Position numbers and translations under genes: made by a program. From Haliotis cracherodii (lineage: Eukaryota): a DNA stretch of 64,000 bases. Numbering within the stretch: position 1 is the stretch's first letter; each line of letters starts with the position of its first letter. The stretch spans positions 12,028,001-12,092,000 of the forward strand of contig NW_027266319.1 of NCBI RefSeq assembly GCF_022045235.1, read 5' to 3'. Shown here one piece after another: positions 50,608 to 63,304 of the stretch. The notes under the pieces were generated by a model that did not search any database, was not told the DNA's origin, and worked only from the letters and a program-made list of their open reading frames with translations.

Positions 50608-52129
50608 TACATCAAGCACACTAAAAGTTTAGAATTCTGTTGGAATTCCCTTTTCTGTGATATCATCCACTGTCATTTTAGGCAAAGCAAAATTACTGTG
50701 GGTTTAGAAATCTAAATATCGGAAATTTTGTCAAAGGGTTGAATTTCAAAAATAGCACATTAGTGATCACGGGAATCTGTTTTTCCCCAAAATACCATTC
50801 TGAAACGTCGCCGAGGAACCTGGAAACGTTTAGAATGTTTTGGAAAATACCAAAACAAGAACGCAGAATGTACACTTTCCGCCATATTGGATAGTGTTCA
50901 TAAAAATCACGTTTCAGGTATGCGGGTTATGAATATATATTATTTTAAATATCTTTCTGATATTGCAGTGAGTTAACCATTAAAAATATATATAGTTTTT
51001 CAGTCTTGTGTACTGCTGACAGCTACAAAGGGGAGTGAAATATCTGGTGTCATCACTGATTTTCAATGGTCTATTCATGTAATTTTCAGAGTTATTTGTT
51101 ATTTGGAATCTGTGCTATCGGTTAATCTAATCTTCTCTGGCTTTGACAATTCATAGTTAACGTGATGTGCCCAACATATGTCAGATATGCTTGGACTTAT
51201 GTTTTAAAGAAATGAGGCTATCCTAAGTAAAGGACACGGTATATGTTGATAAGACAAAATTCAATTTCATGTTTGGGATGACCTTATCATTGTTAAAGTT
51301 AATGATGAAATTTGATAACTGAAATGAACACATGAGTAAGGGAATAAACATCTAAAATAATTCAAAATGTCTACTGTTTGGTACTGTGCCTTTCACTAAA
51401 TGAGATATATAACATAGTTATGTGAAAATGGAGCATGCCTTTTTATAAACTGCAGGAAATACTAATATGTGAAACCAATTTCTGGTGTCCACTGTTTTGG
51501 TTGGCATTTAGCAATAAATCGGCGTGACATCCAACCCACTCACTTGCTAAGTAAACGGGACAAACTGAAAACATTTTGTATATTGTCTTTGTGGTATAAC
51601 TAATGAATACAATTCAGTGATGCGACACTGACGATAATGTATCATACAATAACATCATAATAGGTCATTATACTTCACCCGGCAGAGCATTAATTGTTTG
51701 AACACATACGACTGGAGACAATTACTGGAAGTGGTTTTGAAACATTAACTACCTATCAGTTCCCAACTCCAACTGTGATTAATGTATTAGGAATGTTTTA
51801 TGCATTGTATAACCATTCAATGCCAGGGCTGTCACATAGTAGGTTCTCTCCACTCATGTCCACATAATACAATGTGCAAACATCAATAATGTAATAGCAA
51901 TAATGTAGGTTTGCAACATACAATTGACAAAGGTGCTACAGTTGGTGATGCCGTGTGCAAATTAAGATAAAGACTAAACGATCCCCGCTTTGGCAAGTCT
52001 CTCGTGGACACGAACAAAACATTTATAGTGCCATGAGTCATTTCTAATACCGAGTCTCTGCGTGTGTCCGTTTTCATTGCGGTTGTCCTATTTCGTCTTC
52101 ATCGTTAACTACCCTGACATATTTGGGAA

Positions 52130-53335
52130 ATGTTTGACTTGTGCAGATGTGGCTTTATCGTCCTTCTCTGTCGCCTGACCCTTGGCTCTGTTTCCTACAA
52201 AGAGAAAGACTTCCTGGACAATCTTACCTTGAACTATGACCCAAAGATCCGCCCCGTGTTAGATAGTTCTAACACGATTGTGAATGTCATTATGGGATTG
52301 TCCACAATTTTATCTCTTGATGAAAAACAGGAAGTGCTCAGCTTTAAAGCATGGGTTTTAATGACATGGAAGGACCGGCTTTTGGTGTGGAACATGACAA
52401 ATGGCATTCCTAATACAGTGGCTATGCCTTTGGTGGATGTATGGTCACCAACCATAATGAATCCTGACTCTGTGACAGACCTGAGGTATCTTTATGATGA
52501 AACGGATTCTGTGCTTGTCAATAACGATGGTACAGTTTCATATTCCTACGCAGGTAGGTTGGACATAGGATGCAAGGTGAATATACAACAGTTTCCTTTC
52601 GATCGTCAGTCATGTACTTTTCACTTGCAAACATTCTATGCCCCTATAACAAAGGAATATCTTCAGGTAGCAAACAAGTATTTAAATCTGGAAACATACA
52701 ACCAAAACGGAGAATTTCACCTTCTCAGTGCATCAATGGCATTACAAAAATTCAAGATTTACAATGTCACTCATGAATGGATAGAGGTGACCGTGGTCCT
52801 ACAGAGACGAACTATGTTCTACATCCTCAACAATATCCTGCCCGTTGTGTTCGTGTCTATTCTCAATACTTTCGCCTTCCTGCTACCCGAGGAGAGCGGA
52901 GAGAAGATGTCCCTGTGTGTCTCCATCCTGTTGTCATATGCCATGTTCCTCACCCTCATCAACTCTTTCCTACCAGCGAACTCCGACCACCTGTGTTTCT
53001 TCAGTGTCTATGTCACCTTGCTCGTGTTAATCAGCGCACTCACATGCCTTGTCACAATATTCATTCTGGTACTTCACACTCATCTACAAAGGGGCATGGC
53101 TAGTCCAACATGGCTGCCAATTGCTTGGGGATCAGACAGCAAAGTTGGGACGACTGAACCACGGGTTAAGAATGACGATGTAGCTCCATACCAATCAGAT
53201 GTGAAAGACAAAGCAAACAAGAAGTTAGACATGACGGATGCGATAATCACCAAATGTAACAGGCTGGCATTTGGAACGTTCTTCACACTTACAATTCTTG
53301 CTAATCTGATATTTTTCATCTGCGTGTCTCTGTGA
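52130..53335 (+). CDS. Atypical nAChR-like Cys-loop subunit (R5), intronless, 401 aa
   Basis: Paralog of R3/R4; intact ORF. Confidence 0.93.
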   Translation: MFDLCRCGFIVLLCRLTLGSVSYKEKDFLDNLTLNYDPKIRPVLDSSNTIVNVIMGLSTILSLDEKQEVLSFKAWVLMTWKDRLLVWNMTNGIPNTVAMPLVDVWSPTIMNPDSVTDLRYLYDETDSVLVNNDGTVSYSYAGRLDIGCKVNIQQFPFDRQSCTFHLQTFYAPITKEYLQVANKYLNLETYNQNGEFHLLSASMALQKFKIYNVTHEWIEVTVVLQRRTMFYILNNILPVVFVSILNTFAFLLPEESGEKMSLCVSILLSYAMFLTLINSFLPANSDHLCFFSVYVTLLVLISALTCLVTIFILVLHTHLQRGMASPTWLPIAWGSDSKVGTTEPRVKNDDVAPYQSDVKDKANKKLDMTDAIITKCNRLAFGTFFTLTILANLIFFICVSL

Positions 53336-54892
53336 TGGACACCATCACTGATATGGCAGAATAGAAAATGAAATCATTGCCGTCATTGCTTCTGTACAGT
53401 AAGAGTCAGACCAGAAGGATGAGACGTCTGTTATGTGTGTATCTTCATTGAGAGGTTACTGATAAAACATTTCTATGTGCAATGTGGTGATGAGACGTTT
53501 AGGCAAGACGTAAGCATCACTCTAGGCACCAACTGTGCTCCCCTTCTTGATAATCTATTTCTTTGTTCATATTAATCGTAATTTCTGCTCGGATTGGCAA
53601 AAACAACTCAAGGGAATACATGTGTACATGTCGAGGACATTTCCAATCTGACACATCAATGACAAAACATTATGTCCGATGCAATTGCCTTTTTTCATTT
53701 ATACCCAATCTTCCCGTTTATTTTTCAGGTGAACAGTTGACTTGCGTTTGTATAGAGATTTGTTAAGATAATTGAAATGTTTTAGTCGACTTTCATTTAC
53801 ACAAGAAACGATTAATTTCCCTGTTTTGTATATTTTGGGATACTTTAGATTAGGGAGCAGGATGTCCCAGTGATCCAGTGCCGCATTTCGATATGCAATG
53901 TTCCATCCCCCGTACATTCAAGGATCAACTTACTGATCTTTGATTGCCAGATTTGCCCTGATTCTGATCATTAGTTTGTCAACACCATACAAATGCTCGT
54001 TGATTCCTCCAAATTGGCACATGTGTTGTTTTTAGAGACACTTCGTTTCTGTATGCTAGTAGATAAAACACAATCATCTTGACAGATGAGATGAGATGAG
54101 ATTAACCTGTCGATAAATCTCAGGTTAGGTTCAAGAGTTAACCTTATCGTGCGCAGCATTGTCCTGTTTTCGTTCATCGTTTATCTTCAGTAATAAGTTC
54201 ATTTGTGTATAACATTTGTGTTTGCGTCAGTAATAACATAATAGATGTAGAAACTATGTTTATTTTGCCGTAAATTACCTTAAGTTTGTATTCCGATAAC
54301 TGACTGCACAGAGTGACATGCCAGGTTACTAGGCCGCGCCATTTTGAATCATGATATCATCGATATTTGTGTTCCCTCAGTTACATTACAATTATTGCAA
54401 AAAGTGACGTATTTTAAGTTCCTCAACTTCTGTCAGTTTGTTAAGTTGTTATGTTAGTCGAATGCTTTGTGGTATAAAATGATAACACAGTACATATTCG
54501 TTCGATGACCAGCTGTGACGTCACAGTTTGTTTACTGTTAGAGACGGTCAGCTGGTTGTGGCGTTGTGGTTGTTTTTACGGTTAAGATCCCGTTAGATTG
54601 AGATCAGCTGTGAATGAATGCAGTGGCTTGATATTGTGAGTATGTCAGTAGCTTACCACAATGCCACACACATATCTTTGTCACTGTTTTAGCTCCTATA
54701 TTGTATATTTATTGAATAATTTAATATATATATCCTTATTAATAGATATACTTGCTAGTTTGAGTTGTTGATTCATATAAATAAATTGATAGTGTTATTG
54801 TTGACAATGATATCCTGTTCTGTGTTTATTTGAACATGCAAACTGTGATACCATGTCCAGTTAAATGAAACCCCAAGATCCATCACTGTTTT

Positions 54893-54910
54893 TGGTGTCA
54901 GAAGTGGGAT
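54893..54910 (+). mobile_element. LTR-retrotransposon primer-binding site (tRNA-Leu-like)
   Basis: TGGTGTCAGAAGTGGGAT, 18 nt, complementary to a tRNA 3' end including CCA. Confidence 0.55.
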
Positions 54911-55333
54911 ATCTTTGGAATGTTTTATAACAATTGTGTAAAAAAGAAAATAATTTATTTTTTTGTTTTTGTTGAAATGTTGCCGTTTTAAATCTGATCA
55001 TATTCAATAGATAATCATCACCAAGAAGGTCCACCTTACTATCTCAGGTCACATGCACCCATTGCACCCGCCGTGGAGAATGTCAGACCTATAAAGAGTA
55101 GTAATGAAACGATGGATAGTGTTGGCCACCAAGGGAATCCTATACAATCGTTCAGCGAAGGACGTGTGGGTGATCCTAATAGGCAGCCAAGTACACTTAC
55201 TGCACCTCAGCTTCGCTGGTCTAACCATCACGTACCCAATGACAACTCTCCTGATCCATCTACAAAGAGGAGTGAAATATATTGGCATATGATAAACATG
55301 GGCACAAATCTCTTGCTAAACCTGAACAAATAT

Positions 55334-55563
55334 TGTCTTCAGCAACCCATACTTGCTGTAAAAGGCGACTATGCTTGTCGTAAAAGGCGACTGACGGGAT
55401 CGGGTAGTCAGGCTCGATGACTTGGTTGATACATGTCATCGATCCCAATTGCGTGGATCGATGCTCATGATATTAATCACTGAATTATCTGGTCCAGACT
55501 CGATTATTTACAGACCGCCGTCATATAGCTGCAATATTGCTGACCAAACCAACCAACCAACCA
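55334..55563 (+). mobile_element. SINE family B, slightly 5'-truncated
   Basis: Matches consensus, (ACCA)n tail. Confidence 0.8.
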
Positions 55564-56221
55564 AGCATGATGAAAATCCTTTTGACATGGTTTGAATTCC
55601 GAAAAATAAAATAACATTATTTGTCAAACAGTGACAAGACTGGCACGCTTATTTACTATTTCATTACCATCCGTGTCGGCTGGGATACATACAAAATCAC
55701 ATGATATACTAGTATATTTAGAATTGAGATAATTGCCTATACTCTAGATGTCATGCAAACTTTCACTTTTCGATCCAGTTGCCCCAAACTCAATTTTGCC
55801 GCTGCCATCGAGTCAGTAAAAAGGATCGATCAAGACGAGGCCTATTTGTGCATAGAGCATTCTTCTGATCACAATTCCAATTTTCACCTTTGATCCAAAT
55901 TTGTTTGATATCATGTGCTGGCTACATAGGCGCTAAAACACTTATACAGGGACGAGGGTTGGGCTTATTGGCAGTTCTGGCAAATTTCAATTCCTTCAAA
56001 CACTGCTTTGATTATCGGCCTCAAAGTTTTCTTTTGTAGTCTAGCAGCCCCACTTTAACGCAGACAATTTCTTTTGTTTCATTCATGCCACTAATTACAA
56101 AGGCTGAAGCTTGACTGATATGAGTTCTAGGCCATAGATCGCAGTCTCCCTTTAAAATTGATAAGGTTTCGGAGGGTCAACTTGAAAAAAAGGTTTCCAA
56201 GGGAATTTTGGGAATAATATA

Positions 56222-57766
56222 TACTCACACGCAAAAGAAACGCAAGTCAAGTATGCAGTATACATGTTATTTATTTTCAACAGTAAAGACAAGAAATACT
56301 ATGAGGGCAAGATTGACAAAAATTTGACTGAAGACAGTTTAATGGATTAAAAGACAGATGACATAATTGGGTTTTTTCAAATGTTAAGGGCTTACACAGT
56401 TTCGGGTCAATACCCAAAACGTCAGTAAATACATGGTGTGACCACCATTAGCATTGATCACTGCCACACATCTCCTGTACATTGAGTGGATCAGACGATT
56501 TGTGAAGGCCCTAGGGATCCTCCTGCACACATCCAGAGCAGCTGTGCGTAGTTCATCGGCAGTTGTAGGGACTGGGCGCATATTGTGCAGATGCCTTTGA
56601 ACCTCATCCCAAAAGTGTTCCATGGGGTTCAGATGAGGGCTGAGGGCTGGTCACAGTAGGACACGGATGTTGTGTTTTTGCAGAAAGGTCATGGTAGCTC
56701 TGGCAAAATGGGGACGAGCGTTGTCCTGCTGGAAAATGTGTTGTTGATGTTGTGCAAAAAGTGGAACAACGTGGGGTCTGATCACTTGGTCGATATACCG
56801 CTGAGCAGTGACGCCGTGTCCCCGACCTTGACCAACATTCAGAAGTCACATGGGTCCAAGTCTCGCATTAAGTCTAATTCCTGCCCATATCATGACGCTA
56901 GGTCCACCCCATTTATCCCTTTCCACAACGTTTCTCTCAGGGAAACGATCACATCAACGCCGCCAAATTCTGACTCTTCCGTCTGCATGGGAGACACAAA
57001 AGCGATTTTCATCAGAGAAAATGACACGCCTCCACTCACGATGACGCCAATTGTGATGACCCTGTGCCCACTGAAGTCGTGCTTGTCGATGCCGTGGTTG
57101 GAGAACAGGACGACGTGCTGGTCGGCGACATCTGAGGTTGTTGGAACGGATACGTCGGATCACAGTGTCCCGGCTAATGTGTCGATTATGTGTTCCTATG
57201 GTCTGTCGAGCACTTTCACTTGCAGCTAGGAACGGATGACGCTGGTGTTGACGGGTAATCTGCCGATCATGTCGAGGTGTGGTGACCCTAGGACGACCGC
57301 TCCGAGGAAGGTCATCTGTGGTCTGTGTAGCATTGTATCGATGCAGGAGACGGTAAATTGTGGGTATGTTAACGTTGAAATGACGGGCAACATCTTCGAC
57401 AGACTCTCCAGCTTCCAAACGTCCGATAGCCTGGTTTTTCTGAATTTGAGTAAGGCGTGGCATTGTTGACCAAGGAGTGGTTGGTCCAAGAATCGGCAAC
57501 AGTTCTATACCCAATACAGTTCGTGACAGTTCGTGCATTTCCGATTTCGCGAGAAATGGGTGCATGATACCCACATATTCATTGAAATGGTGCGTTTTGG
57601 AGATTCGTTTTTTATGTTGCGTTTTTACTCGGGGCTTCCAAAATGCAACCAAAAATATTGATAACACCATCAGGCTTCACTACATGCTAAAACTCGTATC
57701 AATTTATGGTTCCGTGTTTGTTACCTATTAGCTTAAAGCAACTTGCGTTTCTTTTGCGTGTGAGTA
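56222..57766 (-). mobile_element. Tc1/mariner element, full length, disrupted transposase (from 57463)
   Basis: Perfect 26-bp TIR TACTCACACGCAAAAGAAACGCAAGT, TA TSD; MPRL, GRPR, FSDEN, stop at 56954, NPMEHFW, GGHT. Confidence 0.93.
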
Positions 57767-57857
57767 TACAATAATATGTTTTTATCCGTACAATTATATT
57801 TCTTGTTTTCTTTTTCTGTCGATCTGCTGAATTCAATGCCTGTTTATGGCTGGAAAT

Positions 57858-58250
57858 ATGAGTGAGTGAGTGAGTAAAAATTGTACATCGCATCGGCAAT
57901 ATTTTAGCCATATCGTGATCAGAACAAGGTAGTTACACAAATTAAAGTGAGTCAGTGAGTTACAATTTTAAGTCATATCGGCAATATTTTAGCCATATTG
58001 TGACTATCACGGGTTAAACAAAATAAAAACATTGAGACTTTTATAAAATCCTGCTAACGAAGGACAGTTAAATAACTAGACATATCACAGAAAACGATTT
58101 AAAATAAAATGGACAGCACTGTACATAGAAATACGTGATAAAACGGACTATAGATCGCCAGCAATTGAAGGTAGATCACCATACTGGGAACCATGGGGAC
58201 TTACAGTACTGTTGCTACCTGCATGGACCCCACCAGCAACACCACATCGT
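57858..58250 (-). mobile_element. 3' UTR/tail of an I/Nimb-like LINE
   Basis: 58150-58240 is the reverse complement of 62325-62680 minus the SINE; ends in an (ACTC)n tail. Confidence 0.65.
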
Positions 58251-59117
58251 CTTTAAACATGTATCATTAATGGCAGTTCTCCAATTCTTAATAAATTCGT
58301 CTATATATTCACGAACCGTGAATGTATATAGATAATACTCAAATGCTAGAAGTGATTTATATTCTGGATACAGACATACTAGTAGTTTATTTGATTTACC
58401 CAAAAATGGAATACAGCTCTTAATCTCTGTACAAAGTGTAATTAAAATAATATTATCACCAATTTCTCGTGTGATTCATTCAAGGTCATAAGTCTTTTTT
58501 ACATTTGAAACCCACGTTGCGCGATTACATTGATGTAAAGATCCACATAGCAGATAACATTATATATCTGTTATTAGACACTGACAACAATTTCAACCAA
58601 CAAATCTCTTGTGATAGTCAGCAAAACAACCGTATCTACCACATTCACCAAGTACAGCCACATGTTTACCTACACCTTTAGCATACTTGAACACTTTTAT
58701 AAGAAAACACTCGATATATTTTAGAATATCACCACTTGAAATTTATTTAATATGTGTATCAACATTTTGTAACAGATGGTGAAACATTCTGTAACTTGAA
58801 GTGTAACTGTTTAACATGACCTCCAACTTAATTAGCTTTAAGAATAAGACCATATTTATAAAACCTATTTGAGGACAGCAACTCAAGATAATTATAGTAC
58901 GTAGATCTTTTTACATGTTCATTTCCACACATCCATTTTGCAGTGCTTCCAAGTGTACCACCATTCCGAAAAGTAAGATTTCTGTCTTATCTACATTAAT
59001 TTGTAAGCCCCATCTAATCCTAATTTCTTTGAAAACATTGCATTTCTATATTATACCAATAACTGTCATCAAAGGGTCTTCTGCATATAACAATAACAAT
59101 ATATCTAGTTTGTTTCG

Positions 59118-59353
59118 GTTTGTTTGTTGTTTAACGCCGCACTCAGCAATATTACAGCTATATGACAGCGGTCTGTAAATAATCGAGTCTGTACCAGACA
59201 ATCCAGTGATTGACATCAAGAGCATCGATCCACGCAATTGGGATACGATGACATTCATCAACCAATTCAGCGAGCCTGACCACCCGATCCTGTTAGTCGC
59301 CCTTCACGGCAAGCACAGGTTGCTGAAGACCTACTCTACCCAGGATCTTCACG
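59118..59353 (-). mobile_element. SINE family B
   Basis: Matches consensus. Confidence 0.8.
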
Positions 59354-59354
59354 A

Positions 59355-59810
59355 CTTTTGAAGATACTTTTGAGATACAATCGAGCATGCTCTTTCTACT
59401 AAGATTTCAAAGATCGTCATACAACTCTTGCTCAGAAGTTGTTTTATCAAGGTTACACCATTCAAGGCCTCAGAAAGCTTTTTAAAAAAATGGTATGGTG
59501 GACGCAAATTTAACAAATTTAACGATGAAAAAATATGTCCGATGCAATTCCTTATTTTCATTTGTAGCAAATCTTCGCGTTTTGTTTTTCCGGTGAACAA
59601 TTGACTTGCCTTTTCAGGTGTTTGTGACGGTTGCCAGCGACAACAGTATGCTTACCTATTCGCGAACAACTGGTATCCTCACAAATTCATAGTGATTCAT
59701 GAACACATGTACACCACATACTAGTAGTCGGATTCTCTCACAGTCGACTATGTTTTTGACAGAATTTTTTCTTATGAATATGGAAAGGATTTAGTCGCTT
59801 TTATAAAATA
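59355..59810 (+). mobile_element. Penelope-like element 3' fragment
   Basis: LRYNRACSF..DFKDRH..LAQKLFYQGY. Confidence 0.65.
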
Positions 59811-60559
59811 CAATTTAATCTCCAAAATGAAAAATAACCTTTCCTCCTGTGACATGCAGTTCAAAGAGCCTACATGGTCACTTAATGAGTTTCACCAAGC
59901 TAAATAGAAAACAGTCACATGATAAAAACTTTTAACACCTAATCCAGAACAAGCCAATATTTAGTTTTACTAAACCAGAATAAGTTTCCACAGGCGATAA
60001 AAACTACGAGTTGAAATACCTCACGAATGTACTAGACCTGAATGTCAACATAGTTGACATTACAACTGCAATACAACTGCAAAACAACTGCAAAACACTA
60101 CCACCAACACAACATCATTTTTATATTGCTTCAGACCTGTATACTTTATATTTCAGTTTCAAGAAACAATTAAGTGAGTTGTGACGCTACTTTAACAGAA
60201 TTTGTGTGACATAACTATGTGCCTGCTGTGGTAATGGTCGAAGACGTTTACCACTTTGGTGAAATCCACGAACATGGGGATGATGCTGACAGACCTAGAA
60301 ACCTAATCCATGATTCAAACCCACAATCATATATTTCTGGTGTGTCCATGGAAAGCAACTCGACACAGCGAATACCGGCGCCTTAGACGACTGTGTCACT
60401 CATGCCACCACGAAACAATATACAACCCCATTACCCAATGACACCAATAAGTAAGGATGTTTCTGATAATACAACGAAACCTTTAATACTTGATGCAAAA
60501 TCGCTCTGCTATACAATCACTGATGATTAAAACGCTGTGATCTGATACTGACGACAATA

Positions 60560-62817
60560 TATAATTGTATACAATTTTGCAGAAAATACAAACCTTATAA
60601 AGACCCTGATTTGGTTTTAGAAAGCACTCCTATTAAAGGTGTAAAAGAGGTTCTTGGGTATTATTGTTTATCTCCATTTAACCTTTTTACCACACATAAA
60701 ACATTTGAAAAATAAATGCCTGAAGGCACTTGACCTTCTGAAAGTCGTTTCAAGTTCAAAGTGTACAGGGCACTCACTTATACGCTCTAAACTGGATTAT
60801 GGCTTCATCATCTATGGGGGACTCTGTAAAAGTAATTTAAAAGTATTAGATAGTATTCATCAGGCTTTGCCTCGGAGCCTTCAGAACATTCCCTCTTAAT
60901 AGCCTGTATGTGGAAGCTGATGACCCATCGCTAAAAACAACGTTGCATTAAATCATCTTTACAGTATATTTCTAAGCTGCATTCTGATCATTCTAATCCA
61001 GCCTACGAATGTGTTTTTAATCCTCCATATAAAGAACAAAAATACATCTCTTACTTCACCCCTAGGAATCAGAATACAATCTCATATTTCTGCTTCTCAA
61101 ATTAATCTTGAAAATATAGCCCCAGCCAAACTCCTGTCTTCACCACCATGGCAGTTGGTAAAGCCAGTAGTGGATACAACATTAATTAAACTAAAGAAAT
61201 CTGATACAAATCAACTAATTTATCAACAACAATACAATGAATTACGAAGCACATATGATGCTTACAAATCTATATTTACAGATGGATCCAAGGATGGTGC
61301 CGCAGTTGCCAGTGCCACCTTCATTGGATCCAGGACTATTTCGTCAAGACTACCGGATAATTGTTCCATTTTTACAGCTGAATCACATACTATATCAACA
61401 ACACTAGAGTACATTTGTAAACAATCGAAACATAAACAATTTATTATAGTTTCAGATTCTTTATCCTGTCTTCAGACAATACAAAATCAGTCTTGCAAAC
61501 ATCCACTTTTAATCGAAATCCTTGAATTATATAATGATCTTGCTACTGGCCAATACGACATCGTCTTTCGTTGGTTACCCAGCCATGTTGGAGTCATTGG
61601 TAACACAATGATCGATGCGTCTGCAAAAGCACCTCTTTACACATCCGTGACACCACTTTTAATTCCATACAGTGATTATAAACCTGTGATCAGATGCTAC
61701 ATCCGAGATCTTATGCAACAGAAATGGGACACCCAAGTAGGTATCAACAAATTACATGAAATTAAACCAAATATCGGTTACACCTACTTGGGTTGTCAGT
61801 CCAGACTTGAAGAGGTAATTTTACGACTATGTCGTATTGGCTATAGTAGATATACTCACGAATATTTATTGAAAGGTGCAGATCGTCCATTTTGTATCCC
61901 TTGTGATGAGAGAAAATCACGGTCAAGCATGTCCTGCTTGACTGTATTGATTTTGCCATCACAAGGGATAACTATTTCACATCATCATCTCTCAAAGATC
62001 TTTTTAATAATATTACTTCTCTTTTAATTATTGGGTTTTTAAAAGAAATAGAATTGTATAATAATTTTTGATAATGTCTTGTATAAAATAAATGATCTTT
62101 TAAAATTGGTAGAATGAATTTATATCTGAGTTTGTTACTGACTGTATCCTCAAAAGGGGGTTGACGTAGTGAAAAATAATTGTCCCCCTGAGAGGATATC
62201 GTAAGTCCATGTCATTCAAAGAATATTTCTGCTTATTACTCCTTTAAACGTAGAATATTTGTAATTTTATTTGTTGCTAACTTTGCGTACAATCGCCAGG
62301 TGCTGAACGAATGATGTAAATCCTGCTGGGTTCCATGCAGGTTGCAAAGGTACTGTAAGTCCCCATGGTCCCCCCGACCCGTGAAGATCCGGGGTAGAAT
62401 AGGTCTTCAGCAACCCATGCTTGCCGTAAAAGGCGACTAACGGGATCGGGTGGTCAGGCTCGCTGACTTGGTTGATGCATGTTATCGATCCCAATTGCGT
62501 GGATCGATGTTCATGATGTAAATCACTGGATTGTCTGGTCCAGACTCGATTATTTACAGACCGCCGTCATATAGCTGGAATATTGCTGAGTGCGGCGTTA
62601 AATAACAACCAAACCAAACCAAAACCCCATGGTCCTCAGAATGGTGGTCTACCTTCAGTTGCTGGCGATCTAGAGCCCGTTTTTATCTTGTATTGTAACG
62701 TATAGTGCCATCCTTTTTTTATGATTCCATACTAGTTTGATATCTTTTTCTGTGAGAAGTCTAGTTATTTTACTGTCATTTGTTGGCAGGTTTTTCAAAT
62801 GTTCACTCACTCACTCC
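60560..62817 (+). mobile_element. 5'-truncated, degenerate I/Nimb-clade LINE with RNase H domain
   Basis: LIRSKLDYG, IFTDGSK, SIFTAE, SDSLSCL, WLPSHVGVIGN, RIGYSRYTHEYLL..CIPC; frameshifts. Confidence 0.85.
62372..62624 (+). mobile_element. SINE family B, full length, inserted in the LINE 3' UTR
   Basis: 11-bp TSD CCCCATGGTCC. Confidence 0.9.
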
Positions 62818-63304
62818 TAACATATACGATTAAACATGGTTATTAGAAGTAGTTTTGTAAAAGCTAAATTCATTATTGCTTTAGCAAATAACAATGATGG
62901 TTCAACATACACTCACATGAATATTCAAAGCGTTAACAAATGTGTTCCATGCAATAAGATGACATAATTATAACATAACGTGATTGTATTCATGTCTTAC
63001 AATCGTACAAACCACTCTGCTTTAAGCAGAGAAGTTTTGTTGCTTTTATTTACATATACAATGTCCGAACATCGATAGTGTAATGACATTCAAGTGTTAT
63101 GTTGGGGCGCATCATCATATTGACAAAGCTATTCAGATGGTGATTGTGAAATTCAGATAATGACTAAACGGTTTCTCTTGGATACGAACAATACCTTTGT
63201 AATACTATACATCATTTCTAATATTGAGTCTCAGCGTGTGGCCGTTTCCATTGCAGTTGTGCTGTTTCTTATTCGACGTTAACCACCCTGACATAGTCTT
63301 GGAA

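Noticed and set aside
58420-59090. Possible minus-strand LINE remnant
   Set aside because: Too degenerate to assign by eye
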